A stretch of 64,000 nucleotides of DNA, from positions 1,612,001 through 1,676,000 of the forward strand of contig OZ210884.1 of assembly GCA_964658305.1 (NCBI GenBank), in the 5' to 3' direction. Positions 13,529-27,200 of the stretch are shown piece by piece. Position 1 is the first letter of the stretch, and every line of letters starts with the position of its first letter. The translations under genes and the position numbers were made by a program. The notes under the pieces are model-generated. The model searched no databases. It saw only the letters and a list, made by a program, of their open reading frames with translations, and had not been told where the DNA came from. The stretch is from Leptogorgia sarmentosa (taxonomy: Eukaryota).

Positions 13529-14054
13529 AACGATGTTATAACAAATTGTACTGTTTTCAAATGTCTATTTCGCAATCTGCCCTCGTGCTGTAAGCTTTTT
13601 AATGAAATTCATCATAGTTATTCACACTTTTAATTCGCTAAATTATTACATACTGTGGTTCGAAGAATGCAGTGGATGTTTGAGGATTTCCAGTTGTTAA
13701 AAGAACAAAAAATTTATATATATGTATCGTGCTCATCGAATATAAACATTCAATGGTCATTATGATAGTCATCTTTTGAAAGCCATGTGAACCGCCCCTG
13801 CGATACCCAGAACATTGACATCTCGATACACCCTTTCGAACCATTTAGGCTTGGAAGCATCTCTTTCATTAGTGAATGACGCAGTGATCAATGGCCGGCC
13901 GTCTCTTGTTCATTATTGGTTCGTATAAACCATAGAAATATTATTATAGATATAGAGCTAAATATATATAGAGTGCGTACTTGGTCGCGAATCATGTCTC
14001 CACTTTTATACATGTTTTTCTTTACATAGCCGCCAATTTGAATTTTGCCAGAGG

Positions 14055-14353
14055 CAGGGGCGGATCAAGCTCGCGCGGGGCCCCTGGCACAAGCATTGGT
14101 TGGGCCCTTGGCTGATTACTGCCTCCATCCCCCCCCCTCCCCCCCCCCCCCCGCCACGCAGAAGAAATACTATCCAGTGTAAAATATCTGAGAAATTTGA
14201 TAACCAAACTAGTGCCATTCACAAAGAGCGTTTCCACCAAAACGTTTTGCAAAAAAGGAACTTTTCTAGCCTTTGCAGAAACAAAACTATTTGCCAGCTT
14301 CGAAAAGTCAAGTCGACGTAAACTGATTATTATGGTCAGGTAGATTGGCACTG
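14055..14353. mobile_element. hAT-like MITE, same family as 3450-3843, internally deleted
   Basis: Perfect 8-bp TSD GCCAGAGG at 14047-14054 and 14354-14361; body matches 3600-3843 in reverse. Confidence 0.85.
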
Positions 14354-16119
14354 GCCAGAGGGCGAGTGCTCCGAAATGCTTTTAAATTCCGATTTTATAA
14401 CATTTCTCCCTCAACTTCGCTGTTACACCAAAATTCCCTACATAGCTGTTATGTTTGGACTGAAAAGAATACCTTCTATGAAGTCCATACTCGATAGTAC
14501 ATGATATTCCGAATAGAAAAGCTAAATTCTTGGGCTCGCTATGTCGGAGAGATCAACCAATCAGGTAGCAGTATTTTAACAAGATTTTTCCCGCTTAAAT
14601 GTTATTGTTTTCAAACTACGAATACTCGATTGTATTTTGAAGCGAAAAATCACTGAAAATTTCGGCACTTTTTGAAATTGTTGAATGAAAGAAAGGTGAG
14701 TACACTTGTAACAAACATAGTTTGTCTTTTTTCTGTTTGCAAACGCGCGAAGTGTCTTCTGAAGCGATTAAAACTCGGACAATCCAGTTGAAAACAGAAT
14801 GGATACAAAATCAAAACACGGCTAAAATGGTCCTTTTTCCGTGCTTTTTGCATTGTTTTAATGTTTTTCTACCCTCACATGTAGCTGAACGATACGTAAT
14901 ATTGTTTTTAACGTGGTAGAAGCCTATTTAAACTTGATAAAATGTGAATTCATCGATCCTGTACTTGATTGTTTATGTGGCGTATAGCATTTTGCTATAT
15001 TCATTTAATATAGGCAATATTTTGTTTAGTTTTTCTTGTTGTCAAGTTGTTTTACTTTATTATTAAGAGTGTTTGCAAAATATTTATCATTGCATTTGCA
15101 TAACATCAGACACAACAAAATTTTCGTTTTTTCTTGACTTCTTTGCCAACATATTTCGAAAAACAGCAAAAGGTCTACGGTGCTCGACTTTGTTGTCAAT
15201 TCGTGCTTGTTGATGTTGTTACAGTATCTTACCCACACTGGCCACATTTGGACATTTTACTATTTAATATTTAATACGCTTTTATATAAAAACATAACTT
15301 AAAACAGCACCGTCCGAAGGTTTGATTATTATTTACAGTTCTTATAATGGACTCCATTACATGACATTTTCAAATGCATGAGACTCATTCATGAGAGAAT
15401 TTTTCAGTATAGAATGGACCTCTGTTTCAGCTGCTTCATGGCATAATGTCAAACAAACAGCAAGAGATCTACCCACTACCTAAACGATAATAACAGATTC
15501 GACGTTTCGAGCAAAGGCCCTTCGTTTTGAATTAGTATGGAAGAAGGAAGGGAGTTTGAAGAGCCTATAGCTGGAAACGTTGAATCTGTTGCATTGTTTA
15601 TGGGTATGGAGAGTAGACCTTTTAACCAGGCTTGTAGATGTGTTATCTGGTACTGCCAGGCCACATGCTGAACTGGGGCCCCTCGTATGAAGGACGTTTA
15701 GCTGAAACGGTGGAGAGGTAGAAAATATCGATAAATCTGTAAACTATTAACTACAGGCAAACCATAGTTGTACAAGGGGTGGGGCTTGGGGCAGCTGTCC
15801 CAAGGTAATATCAACAATTCTTCATTTGTTTATCGTAAAGTGCGTATCATAAAGTGGGGTGAGCACTCTAGATGTTCTAAATGTTCAAAAGTTCCCACTG
15901 CCACCCTCAAATTCAGGCAAAAGCTGTCCGCCCCTCCCCTCCCTGAAAAATGCAGCCCATACGTTTATATGAAGCACACTAATACTTTTCTGTCTAAACA
16001 TATACAACTAATCCCTGGGTTGAACTATGTATAGTATTGGACTCTAGCCTCTATGAAGTCAGGCGATACAATAGAAACATGCAATATAATTGTTTTTAGC
16101 AGAAACACGACTACTGAAA

Positions 16120-19100
16120 ATGCCAGCAAATCGTGAAAAGAAAAGCAAGGCGACAAGCAAATCTAAAGACCTGTTTGAATTTGATGATTATGATGATGCG
16201 GACGTCAGTAAAACTGGAACTACATCAATGGGTGTTTCAGCCAATACAGGTGAACAGTGTGTTTATGTTTAGACCAACCCTACAGAGAGGGGTAGATCAG
16301 CATTAGGGCTACTTTTCACTGCTTGTTTAGAAAAGGGAAACTTGCAGGGATTACTTCATCCTTTCTCAAGTAAAAGTTCGACTCATTATTTTTATTTTGG
16401 GGTAGAATCTTGTAAACAGCCCCTAATAACGAGATCTCGCCTTGGAATGATGGGGAGGGGGGGGGGCTTGTCCTCTTCTGATGTAAACGTAAACATTGTC
16501 CTCTTCTGATGTAAACGTAAACAGTTTTCAAAAAATATATCAGCGAGCGCGCTGAATCTCGCCTAGCCGGGTCAGCCCTCCTTGTGGGCGCTGAATATTA
16601 CCTCACAGAAGTCCACCTGTATTGTTTCTTGCGTACGTTTATTCTTCATGAGACTCGAGACTGGTCACTCAGCAAGTACCCTAAACCGAGACGGTAACCA
16701 AAATCCCTCTGAATGAAGGGGCGTTCTCAATATTTCTGAATGACTAATCATGACGAATACAATATGCAAAGAACAACAGAGATCTATGGACTTCTGTCAG
16801 TAACCATGTAGCAGTGCATAGTTCAGCAGGGGTGGAGTATTTCACATGAATGCAGATAGTAAAATAATGAGAGTTGGCGTTCTCGAATGGACCATTCCCT
16901 ATCAGACAAATTTTTGAAATTGGAAAATGTATCCGGAAGGGCGTCCCAAATTTGGTAAAATTTTGTATACTTTTGTATTACGCGCGAGAACACTTTTTGA
17001 AAGGGATCGAAATTCGAAAGCCTGCCGAAATAATATTCAGGTGGCATTTTCCACTGACCGTAATAATGCAACGCCTTTCGAATTTAGGAATTTTTATTGA
17101 GTAAATTTTCATAATTTTAGATATTCCTCCGGGAACCAAGAGAGCAAAGAAGAGATCTTTTGTTGAAACACCGACTGACGTTGACGTTTATGATTCAATG
17201 GAGGAAGAAGAGCAGGACGATGAGGCCAAGAGAAGGTAAATAAATTCATCAACTGGTTGTTGTCCAAGCCATGTCAGGGGTATTTTAGGTTTTGGCAGTT
17301 GGGTTGGAGCTTGCCCTAAATTTCCCTGGGGCCGGTTGTTCAAAAGCCGGTTAGTTTAACCTTGGATTAACTTAAAATTCAAAGCAAATTCTCCAACAAT
17401 TTGTCTTTGAATTTAGAACTATTTCTTCAGAAATCTTGTCTAGATCGTTAAGAGATTTCTTCTTCAAAGTTTTTAAGAAAACTGATACGAAGAAATACAC
17501 AAACTAAAACACTGGGTTAAATTTTAACCCAGGATTAGCCTTAACCTAGTTTTGAACAACCGGCCCCAGGGCTTTATATATTTTCACGAACTCCCCCTGA
17601 CCCTGATTTTATTTTTTTTAAAGTAGCCTATGTAAGTATTATTAGTTCTTCATGTTTGTCGTTTGTAGTAGCGACATGGAAATGCAAAGTTTATTGGCAA
17701 GCTTTGGTGGTAAGTAATTCAAACTCCATTAATCGTTAGATATGCTTTTCATACCAGATTGATATTGTCAGGGGTAGCGATCTCATCAATTACAGAAAAA
17801 TACGCACTGTGACAGTGCTTGCTTAATTTCACCTACTTCAGACCTAACATGTGCTAGAATCTAGTTCAATTTTAAAAATTATACATAAATGCAACATTTT
17901 TTCGTCTTTTGAAACTCGGTGCAATGGAAATATATCAAATTTAGTGGTTTAAATTTAAAATTATGGAAACGATTTCACTAAAATTTTCACTAAACGAATT
18001 AAGCTAAATTACCCAAATTTTGGACAAGTAAGAATTTTGGTCCTCGCACTTTAGAATCCCTCTAGAAATTTTGTCTTTCAATATTTTGTCCAGAAAATTG
18101 GCAACTGAGAATGTGTTATGCTGCACTTTGATTGATGAAAAAATTGCACGTTGCATCATGCATAAAACATATATTCTCAAAAGTTTAGCATGGGGCATTT
18201 TTTTGGACACACTGTAACTAATTCACTTATTCACACAAATTTTAATACAAAATTTCGTGAGCCCCCTCGTGATATTTTGCTGTTTAGCTGATATTCGTAA
18301 AAGCATTGCTAGCAAAAAAAAGAACGTTCACCAGTTTACTGCCGGGGCACTTAAGACAACCGATCGGAAAGTTGGTGAAATGTGGAAAAAACAGAAAAAA
18401 GACAGGTCAGTCAGTTTTCGAGTTATTTTCGAAAGGAATGGTAGATTGATTGATTAGAGTTTTGGTTCCTGAGGGCTTGAACCTAAATAGACAAAAATAA
18501 ATTTAAAAAAACTAGTCGGTTGAGCGCAAAGAAAACAATAGTTACAATAATTTCCAAAGTATAGTACGGGCATCAAGGGAAATCATTGCCATTTTGTTTA
18601 TAATTACCAACAATATTACCACTTCCCATCCAATTAAATGTTGTTTTTTTCCAATCGATACACTGTTGTACGCAATAATCAAATCGTAACTTCGAGTTAA
18701 TATTAAAAAGGGGGCGAAGTGGGATTGTATTTTGTGAAAATGATGTGTATTCGGGCATCTGTACCAACTGCTTAGAAAAGGATTGTAGAAGCGACTTATC
18801 TGAGATTACTTACGTTTTAGGTCTAATCTAATTGAGGAATATTCAAAGTCTATTAAAGCAGTTATGGCCCAAAGTGAGGCTGATGTGGCAAAATTGAGGG
18901 AAAATGAGGAAAGCTGTGAGGTACTACCATTTTTCAGCGGATGTTATCACAGTTCCACACATATTAAATTTTGTGCAATTTTTTGAACTTTGCCATTTAA
19001 ATAAAATTTAATACTAAAAGCTGTGTTAACCGCTGAGATCGTGAAAAAACTCGTGTACAAATTGTACATGTACACTTGCCAGTTATTTAGGTTGGCGAAA

Positions 19101-20324
19101 GGAATTCGGACATCTCAATCCCTGTTTATTATATTAGGCATTTCAAATTCATCGTCTTAACGGCAGATTACGAACGTACACGACAATCATATCGTCTAAA
19201 TTGGATTAAACCCAGAATTTTCTCACAATTCAACGATTTTTCGTCCGTTGCATGTAGAATTGTCGATAACTCTTCGCGCGCATAAATCCATAATATATAA
19301 ATCTACGAGGGAGAAAACAGCTTGATAATCATTGATTTTAAATCTCTAGAAATTGTTTCAGCAGATGTTGAAAAGCATGCAGCAGCAGAGAGTTGTACAT
19401 AGCCAGCGTATTAAAACCGTAATTCAAATTACTGACCAATTCGCGAAGAGCTTTGATCGACTGGAAAACTGTCACGGCGAGCAGCAAACTACCGTACAAG
19501 GAGAGCTGAAGAAGGAAATGACGCAGCTACAAAAGAAAATAATCAAAGAAACTGTGAGTATTGGCCGTACTCTCCCTCAAAATAATGCATACATGCTTTG
19601 CGGTCACGATTGCAAAATGGTTATTTAGCTGGTCAAAAAACAATCGTCAAAAAAAGTAGACCATTTCAAATTCTAATTGTTCAATTCAAATTGTATTATT
19701 TGACAACTATAATCCCATCCGTATGAAGATCTAATATTTTTTTTGAGTTTTTTATCCCATGAGTGGAGGTCTTCTGTTTTCAAGCTTCGTTAGTTCAAAG
19801 AAATTAGACACTTTGGAATAATGCAATGAGTTAATAATGGAAGATTGAATCTGAAATAACCTCAAAAGTATTGGTAGAATTTTGTAAAAGTAAAGAAAAT
19901 GTATTATTATCAGAGCAATATCTTTTCTGCAAAATTTTAAAATAATTTCACCTCAGGAAATTTCATTGATGACAAGAAAACGACGAATTATATGCATTAT
20001 AGGAATGCTGTTGCCATGACAATCTGTTTCTAACATGAACCGACATTATACATCCCTTTCCATAATACCTGACAATAAATTGCTCCCTATTTTTTGTGCA
20101 GTAAATTGTTTGCTTGTAGGCGATTTTTGTCTTACTATTTTAGTTTTACTTTGTTGCGAACGTTAAGGCCCTGTTACACGATGCAATTTTTCTTGCAACT
20201 TGCAACGCAATTCTACTGTTGACACCGTGTAACAAGGCCTTTATTGGCAATATTTTTTTTGCAGCAACAGCAAGAATTGTCGAATGTCAGGAAATCTCTT
20301 CAAACAATGTTAGCCCAAGTTTGA
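16120..20324 (+). CDS. SYCP3: Synaptonemal complex protein 3 (Cor1/Xlr/Xmr domain), about 255 aa
   Basis: Seven GT-AG exons 16120-16249, 17121-17235, 17669-17709, 18288-18405, 18821-18920, 19350-19553, 20265-20324 in frame. Motifs MQSLLASFGADIRKSIASKKK, QQQRVVHSQRIKT and [33 protein letters not shown] match the SYCP3 core and C-terminus. Confidence 0.93.
17329..17566. mobile_element. PIF/Harbinger-type MITE (GGGCCGGTTGTTC TIR, CWG flanks)
   Basis: GGGCCGGTTGTTCAAAA...TTTTGAACAACCGGCCC flanked by CTG/CAG; older relative at about 44620-44860. Confidence 0.8.
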
Positions 20325-21217
20325 TATCCACGAACGCTTTAGTTTTCAAAAACTAGTTTTGATCTTTGATAATCTTACAAATATTTAAATCTATTAAGTT
20401 CAGTTGTACGTTCAAACTGGTGTTATTTTTCATGAATTTATTGAATTTAATGTTGAGTATGAATATGTGTGAAGCAATCGAATTAAATTTATTGACGTTT
20501 TGAAACTTAAATTTATCAAGTATAACGCTATCAAAATTAGCCAACAACCATTGCAAGGCACTGTTCGTGATTGTTACTTGTTGGGACAGGGTGTCCCTCA
20601 AAAAAGTCCCCTCAACAGAAATCACTCTTCTGTTGTTAATCTTGGGTTATTACACCTCTGGAAATTTAAATTAGCTTCTGACGAAAACTCGAGAAATACG
20701 GCCGCAAATGCAAATACAAAAGCGCAACGAATGCAAGCAGAAACTTTGTAATCGCATTTATTTATTGCTGACAATATAGCTATACAACTCACAAAAAGGC
20801 ACTGAAGCCCAAGCCAGATATGGCTACGCGTTCGATTGGCAGTGATTTCGCGGAAGATCTGCTTTCACAGGAATATGGCGCGGAAGGTAAAACACATGTT
20901 ATTTTCGCAAAACAAATGTTCTATTACTATAAAATTAATAAGCTAAATGCGCCTAGGAATTCGCAACACTATTTGGCAGATCGCAGATCCGATCTCAGCT
21001 TTTATTTCGGTGGCACGTGTGATTATTGTGCGCCCTTGGATTTACTTATCTTGGATCAAAGGACGTTTATCAAAGGACTGAAACGAATTGCACGAAATGT
21101 AATGATGATAATGCAGACCATAATGCAATAATGACTCGAATATTTACAACAGTTATAACTTTACAACAGTTTCTAATAACGATCGACAGTGTGTCAACAA
21201 GTAACTGCAACAAAACG

Positions 21218-24200
21218 TCAGGAATACGTAAGAACTTTGGTGGCATTGAGAAGCTGCGATACGCAGTTGAAAAACTGAAATGACGTCTCTTTCACTTTTC
21301 TCACTGCAGATTCGGATGCGCCATCCATGACCATGTGGTATAAATCAGCATGAAGCTAGACGGATGCATAAATTTACATGAGTATCATTATCATTAGATA
21401 AAGCCTGTTCTGTACTTGGCCATTCTTTCCGCGCAAACAGGGGCCGGTTGTTCGTCGCCCTTTTAGCTTAAACGGCGCGGATAAGTCAATTTTAAATCAC
21501 ACTCTCATTCGTCATTCAGAAATTTTAAACATTAAATTTGTAGTTCCATGCATAAGTATTCCTTTCAGACTGAAAATTATTATTTTGATTGTTGAATGAA
21601 CACATAGTCTTGCTTGATACTCCGGACTTATCCACCGTTTAAGCTAAAAGGGCTACGAAGAACCGGCCCCAGGGAAAAAGTGAATATGATTGAGTGGTGA
21701 AGACTTGAAGTCGTCAGCGTTTGTCGCCAGAAATTTCAAGTTGCTTTTAAAGTTTTTCTCCGTTCGCAAATTCAACTAGTTGAAAACAGGCTTAAAATGC
21801 AGTTTTCGACTGCAATCTAGATTATACCGATGTGTGAGCGAGGTTTGCAAAGAGCATTGATGATATCAATGAAATTCAGCTATCAATATTCGATTGAAAT
21901 AATTAATTTTGAACAAAATTTAAAAAATCATTTTTTTCACATATTTTATTATTACCTTTGTATTTTCAGCGACATCGTCTGAGAATGTTTCATCAAATTC
22001 ACTCAATCTCAGTTTACAGGAATTTTCGTTACTTGCCATGAACAAAAACCAATCATCCTAAACAATGAAAGTCAAAGCGGTTGTGATGCACGGTTGTTGA
22101 AACAAATAGCAAATTTGAAGGGAAATCTTTCTACGCATCAGAATGGTGAGCACAACGATGATTTCTCAGTGGAAGAAGCGATGGGACTGAAATGAATTCC
22201 AATCCTACTCTAGCTGTCTTTCTCCAAAGTGGAAAACAATATTTTACCTCCATGGGCGGTTCATCCGTCTCTTGTTCTGTCGCCTGAACAACGACCTTTT
22301 CCTTCCCACAGTCTGAGTTCCAGCGACTCCAGGAAAATGCAAACGCTGACGCAGTCAGAGATATCTGCTCGTAAATATTCTTTTCCAACGTTGAATCCTA
22401 AATTAATTATTTCGTGAATTCTTAACTTAATTTTAAAAGATCATTTTTTGAAACTCACAAAAAAACTGTTGGGGGATTTGCTTTGAGTTTCAAGGTAACC
22501 CAGGGATAAACGAACTGGTTTTGGAACAGGTTCCTGTAGTATTAAGTCGATTATTACTCAAAAAGTCCTACCTTCATATTGAGGCTGACATATTTCTCTG
22601 CGTCAACTGCGGGAAAAACATTCACTCCTGAAGCTTTCAATTTCTGAAAAAAAATTGTACCACAGATAAATATCGATCTATCCAGGCATAATGTTTTTCC
22701 CAAGGAAAACTTGCTTTTTTCCTTATAACCATCCCTTGCCCTTTGTGATAAAGGTCATGTTTCAACCTCGTACCCAGGGTCTTGATGGTCATGTTTTAAA
22801 AGCTACACTGTGCTTTTGTTGAGAGGTACAATGATGGAGGTGGGGGGGGGGGGGGGGACAAACAAAAGAACCAGACAAAAAAGGTTACAAGCCGTGCTCA
22901 ATTCCAACCATGCTATATCAATATTTCCAAGAAATATTATACCTTGATAAGATCTCTGGGCAACATCCATTTACCACGTAGATGCCGTAAACGTTGTACT
23001 GAGTCTTCAGCGTGAGCTACACAACAATAGGAATCCTGCGCGCAAGAAAAAATAAGAAGGGAAAAATAGACAATCATCGTAATGATACAGTTCGGAGGTT
23101 GATAAAAAGAGTGAAATTCATGCAGGCATTCAACCCATTTGACTATCAAGTTTATCAATGAATTTGCTCATTTCTGGATATTCTTCTTCGCTCAATCAAT
23201 GTCTTCACTCGAGTGAATTCGCGAATCCCTCAAGTTCACTAATAATTGACACAAACCTTGACTTCAATTTCAAGATCAATGGCAGCCGCCACGATTGTAA
23301 ATATACAACTGTTAAGACCATGTGGGCGGATTTCCCAAGATTGAAACGGCATGTTGAGGTACAAGTCCTATATCAAACGTCAGAATATTAATAATTATTA
23401 GAATTGCCCAAATCCCAATGATACAACAAATCCCCATTCTATTCAAAAGAAGATGTTCCTTGGATCAAGGATAGCAGAGGCAGGTAGACGGGCGGAAGTA
23501 AGTGAAAAAGACTGCGCGCGCGTGATTGGCTAACAGCCGTGTTGATGTGAGATTATGTAAACATACAGCTATTTCCCGCTACTTCTCGCTATTGCGTTAT
23601 TCCGCTTTTGTCATCGTGTTATTTTATGAAAATTCTATTCGTATTTATAAAACACTTTAATACTACACCAAGGCATGTAGACAATGCATTCTTATGATAC
23701 ACTGCAAAATCTACCATTACCTATCGATTGCTTGCGTGTGCGCGCTATAACCTAAGCTTAAAGAGAAGTAGCAACATTTAAAAGAGCCGAATTTTTACGC
23801 TAAAGCATAGAGCAATAGCTGGTTGCCCTTATAGAAACAGCATTGAATAATATTGTTGAATGGTACCTAGATGTCTCCCTTATAGAAAACGTTTTCCTAT
23901 GTTTACATTGAGTTATGTAAACACTCGTGCAAGTTTGGGAGAACGAGAAATGTGTGGAAACACTCGCCCTTCGGGCTTGTATTTCCAGACATTTCTCGTT
24001 CTCCCAAACTTGCACGGGTGAGTCTGCCGACTGAGAAACCTCAAAATTCTAAATTTATATTTCGACGAAATTGAGTTTTGAGCGCGAGATATGTGACATA
24101 CAGAAAATTCTCGTCTTACTAGTTAATGATATTTTATATTTATCTACCGTTTCAGCAAAACTGCCTTCGAACAACGGGTCCCACAACTGTTTGCTGATAC

Positions 24201-27200
24201 ACGTGTATGTAGCTTACCTGCAATATGGCGATAGGTGCAAACCGGTCGGTTTTGAAACGCAACATGCTGGTTTCTGTGTAAAAAAAGAAAGCATCGCTTA
24301 AATCTATACACGTTTCACCACAGAGAGAGGAGGAGAAGCCGTGTAGGAAAAGGTAGGGTGGAGGGAGGGTGGTGGGGGAGGTAATATTTTAGCCAAGAGT
24401 GAGCATCATATAGCATGCTGTTCCACCCGCCGTCAATATCAATTCTGGATTGCGTTAATCGTGACTTTGGAAAGTCAGAAATAAAAATTTGAATTACAAG
24501 CTAACCCAAGATTAAAGTACTGTAAGGTGAAATTCCCTTACAGTACTTTGAACCCCTCAAAATAAGAAACTTGATAGGTCGTTACGAGGCACACAGGCCC
24601 TACTTACGGTCATTGAATTGTATGTCACTGATGCCATCTAATCTCCAATGATTCTTGCTAGCTTCCCATCTCGCTATTTGAGGTTGTTCAAAATAGGAGA
24701 CATCTGCCGGCAATCTATACAACAGGAGCAGTAGTGAAACGCTAGTTACATTTTTTGTTTTTTAGTTGAACCTGCATTAACAAAAAAACCTGCTAAAAAA
24801 CGGTTAATGTAGTATCCGAGCCATTGGGTACGAGGATGAGACTAGCATAAATCTAATATAAAAAGGAGCTCATTTTAACAGCTCATACATGTTAAAGTGG
24901 CTTCGTGTCATTTTTAGAATAAACATGCAAAATTAATTTGTATGGTCTTTGCGCAAAGGTGCGCAGAACTGTGCGAATTATACCGACGAACAATCTGGAA
25001 ATTGACAATTTTTTCTACAGTAACATTTAACTTTACAAAATATTCGACGGTATTTCAAATTTAAAGGAAAGTTGCAAGCGTTCTACAGTATATTTGTATG
25101 ACGGAACAAGCCAAAATACTATACCTTATTTTAATGTGTACTTATAAGTATATAACATCATTCCTTATTAATATATATAATTATACATTATATACGAGCA
25201 AGATCGCATTGATTAGGTGTTGCATCTTCGGATATAGCCTCAAAGCCTAGCTGTGCCAGTGTGCCGGACTTTTAACCAAAAATTCGTGCTCTGTATATGG
25301 TCCCTAATGGACAAGGTGCATGCAACATACCTTAAGGTAACATGTATTGGTGCATTTCCTGTGTTGGCCTTCTGCGTCTGATCTGTGGAGGCCTCGGTCG
25401 TCTGCTCTGTATCTTCATTGGTGGGTGGATCATTTTCAGCTGACGTTGCCTCCTCGGTTTTCTTTGACTCACACAGGTAAGGCAGCGTGACCAATTCAGG
25501 TGCGACGACTGTTTGAAAACAAAGAAAATTATCAAAAAAAAATTATACCTTCCCTGAATTTATAGAAAAGACATGATTTCAACGAAGCTCGAGTTAAACA
25601 TTATACAATGCAGGGAATTGTTATCCTCAATCAACGTTCGAAGTGTTTACCTCGCGCCAGTGAAACACAATGAATCGCAATGCAGTGCAGGAAACATGTA
25701 GGAGTTAACTTTTAAACTGTATTTACATGTATGGAAAAACCGTCCGACGTAAGCATTTCACAGCCCTATTTAATTTGTTTTCAAATATTTTGTGTTTGTC
25801 AATAAAGAACGAAGCATGGCAGGAACTTAAAAACAAATTTAACCATTTGATTATAATCCTTTCCAACAAAAATCCGTTTTACCGATATTCTTAATCACGA
25901 ATGAATGTATAGATTGATTCTGCCTGATATAGTTAACGTCATCTCAGACGGTGCAATGTTTATTGCAACTTGAAACGCAATTCTACTGTTGAGGGACGTG
26001 CACTTCGCAAATAGTGTCTTCATTGCACTGTACTGTGTTTTCCACTTACAATATCAAACAGTCTTAACTAATGAATATTTTTCAAGGGTAAAATTGCATT
26101 CCAAGTAGCAAGAAAAATTGCACCGTGTGACAGGGCTTTTTTGGGACTCTTCGTTAATTATGGCATTGCAAACAATGCATTATCCCCGCACATCCCTCAT
26201 AAAATTTCCGAAAAGAAATGACTTACTATGTTGCATGATCCAATTCTTAACAATCTTTGGTTGGGGCGGCAACTCGAACAGATCGAAATAAATCACTTTA
26301 TCAGCCGTACTGAACGCTCGTAAATCAACAACATCATCGTCGTCATCCTCGTCAAACTCAACATCGCCATTGGCCGGCTTTGTTGGAACTGGATTGGTTT
26401 CCTCTTCTGGTTTCTGGTCATCTTAAAGGAAAGGAACAGCGCGTATACAAGTCTGTCCGAGTTGTAATATGTGCTATTATTATTTATTTAAATTAATTCA
26501 TGAGTTTTGATTGGTTAAGAGCGGTGGGTAAATTCGTCATATCTGCTCAGTAAAACACATATACGACATTATGACGTAATTATGTCGTATATTGAAAACT
26601 CATATACGACGCTATGACGTAATTATGTCGTATATTGAAAACTCATATACGACGTTATGACGTAATTATGTCGTATATTGAAAACTCATATACGACGTTA
26701 TGACGTAATTATGTCGTATATTGAAAACTCATATACGACGTTATGACGTAATTATGTTGTATATTGAAAACTCATATACGACGTAATGACGTATTATGTC
26801 GTATATTGAAAACTCATATACGACATTATGACGTAATTATGTCGCATGACATTATGGCGTCGACTAATTTATGCTGCTTATATGTTACATGCGGCGAAAA
26901 ATACAACTTCTTGTTTACAATGCGACCGTTCACACTAGTCGGATGAAGATACAAATAAATTATAATAAAAAAATTATTAAATTCGGTTCTCGTAGGGTAT
27001 GCTGAGCCTTAATAATTCCTCATATCCTACTCGGCCTCATTCAATAATAGTTCAATATTTTTGTTCAATATATTATTCCTTTTCAGTAAAAAAATTGTCA
27101 CAGCGAAAATTCGGAAATCTCCGGGGTGGCACTCCTATCCCAGCTCATGCACCCCCGGACAATATTATACTTTCAACTGTATTCTTACACTACCTGTGTC

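Noticed and set aside
26551..26845. CRISPR-like array of palindromic repeats
   Set aside because: Units abut with no unique spacers, there are no cas genes, and it lies in a eukaryotic intron.
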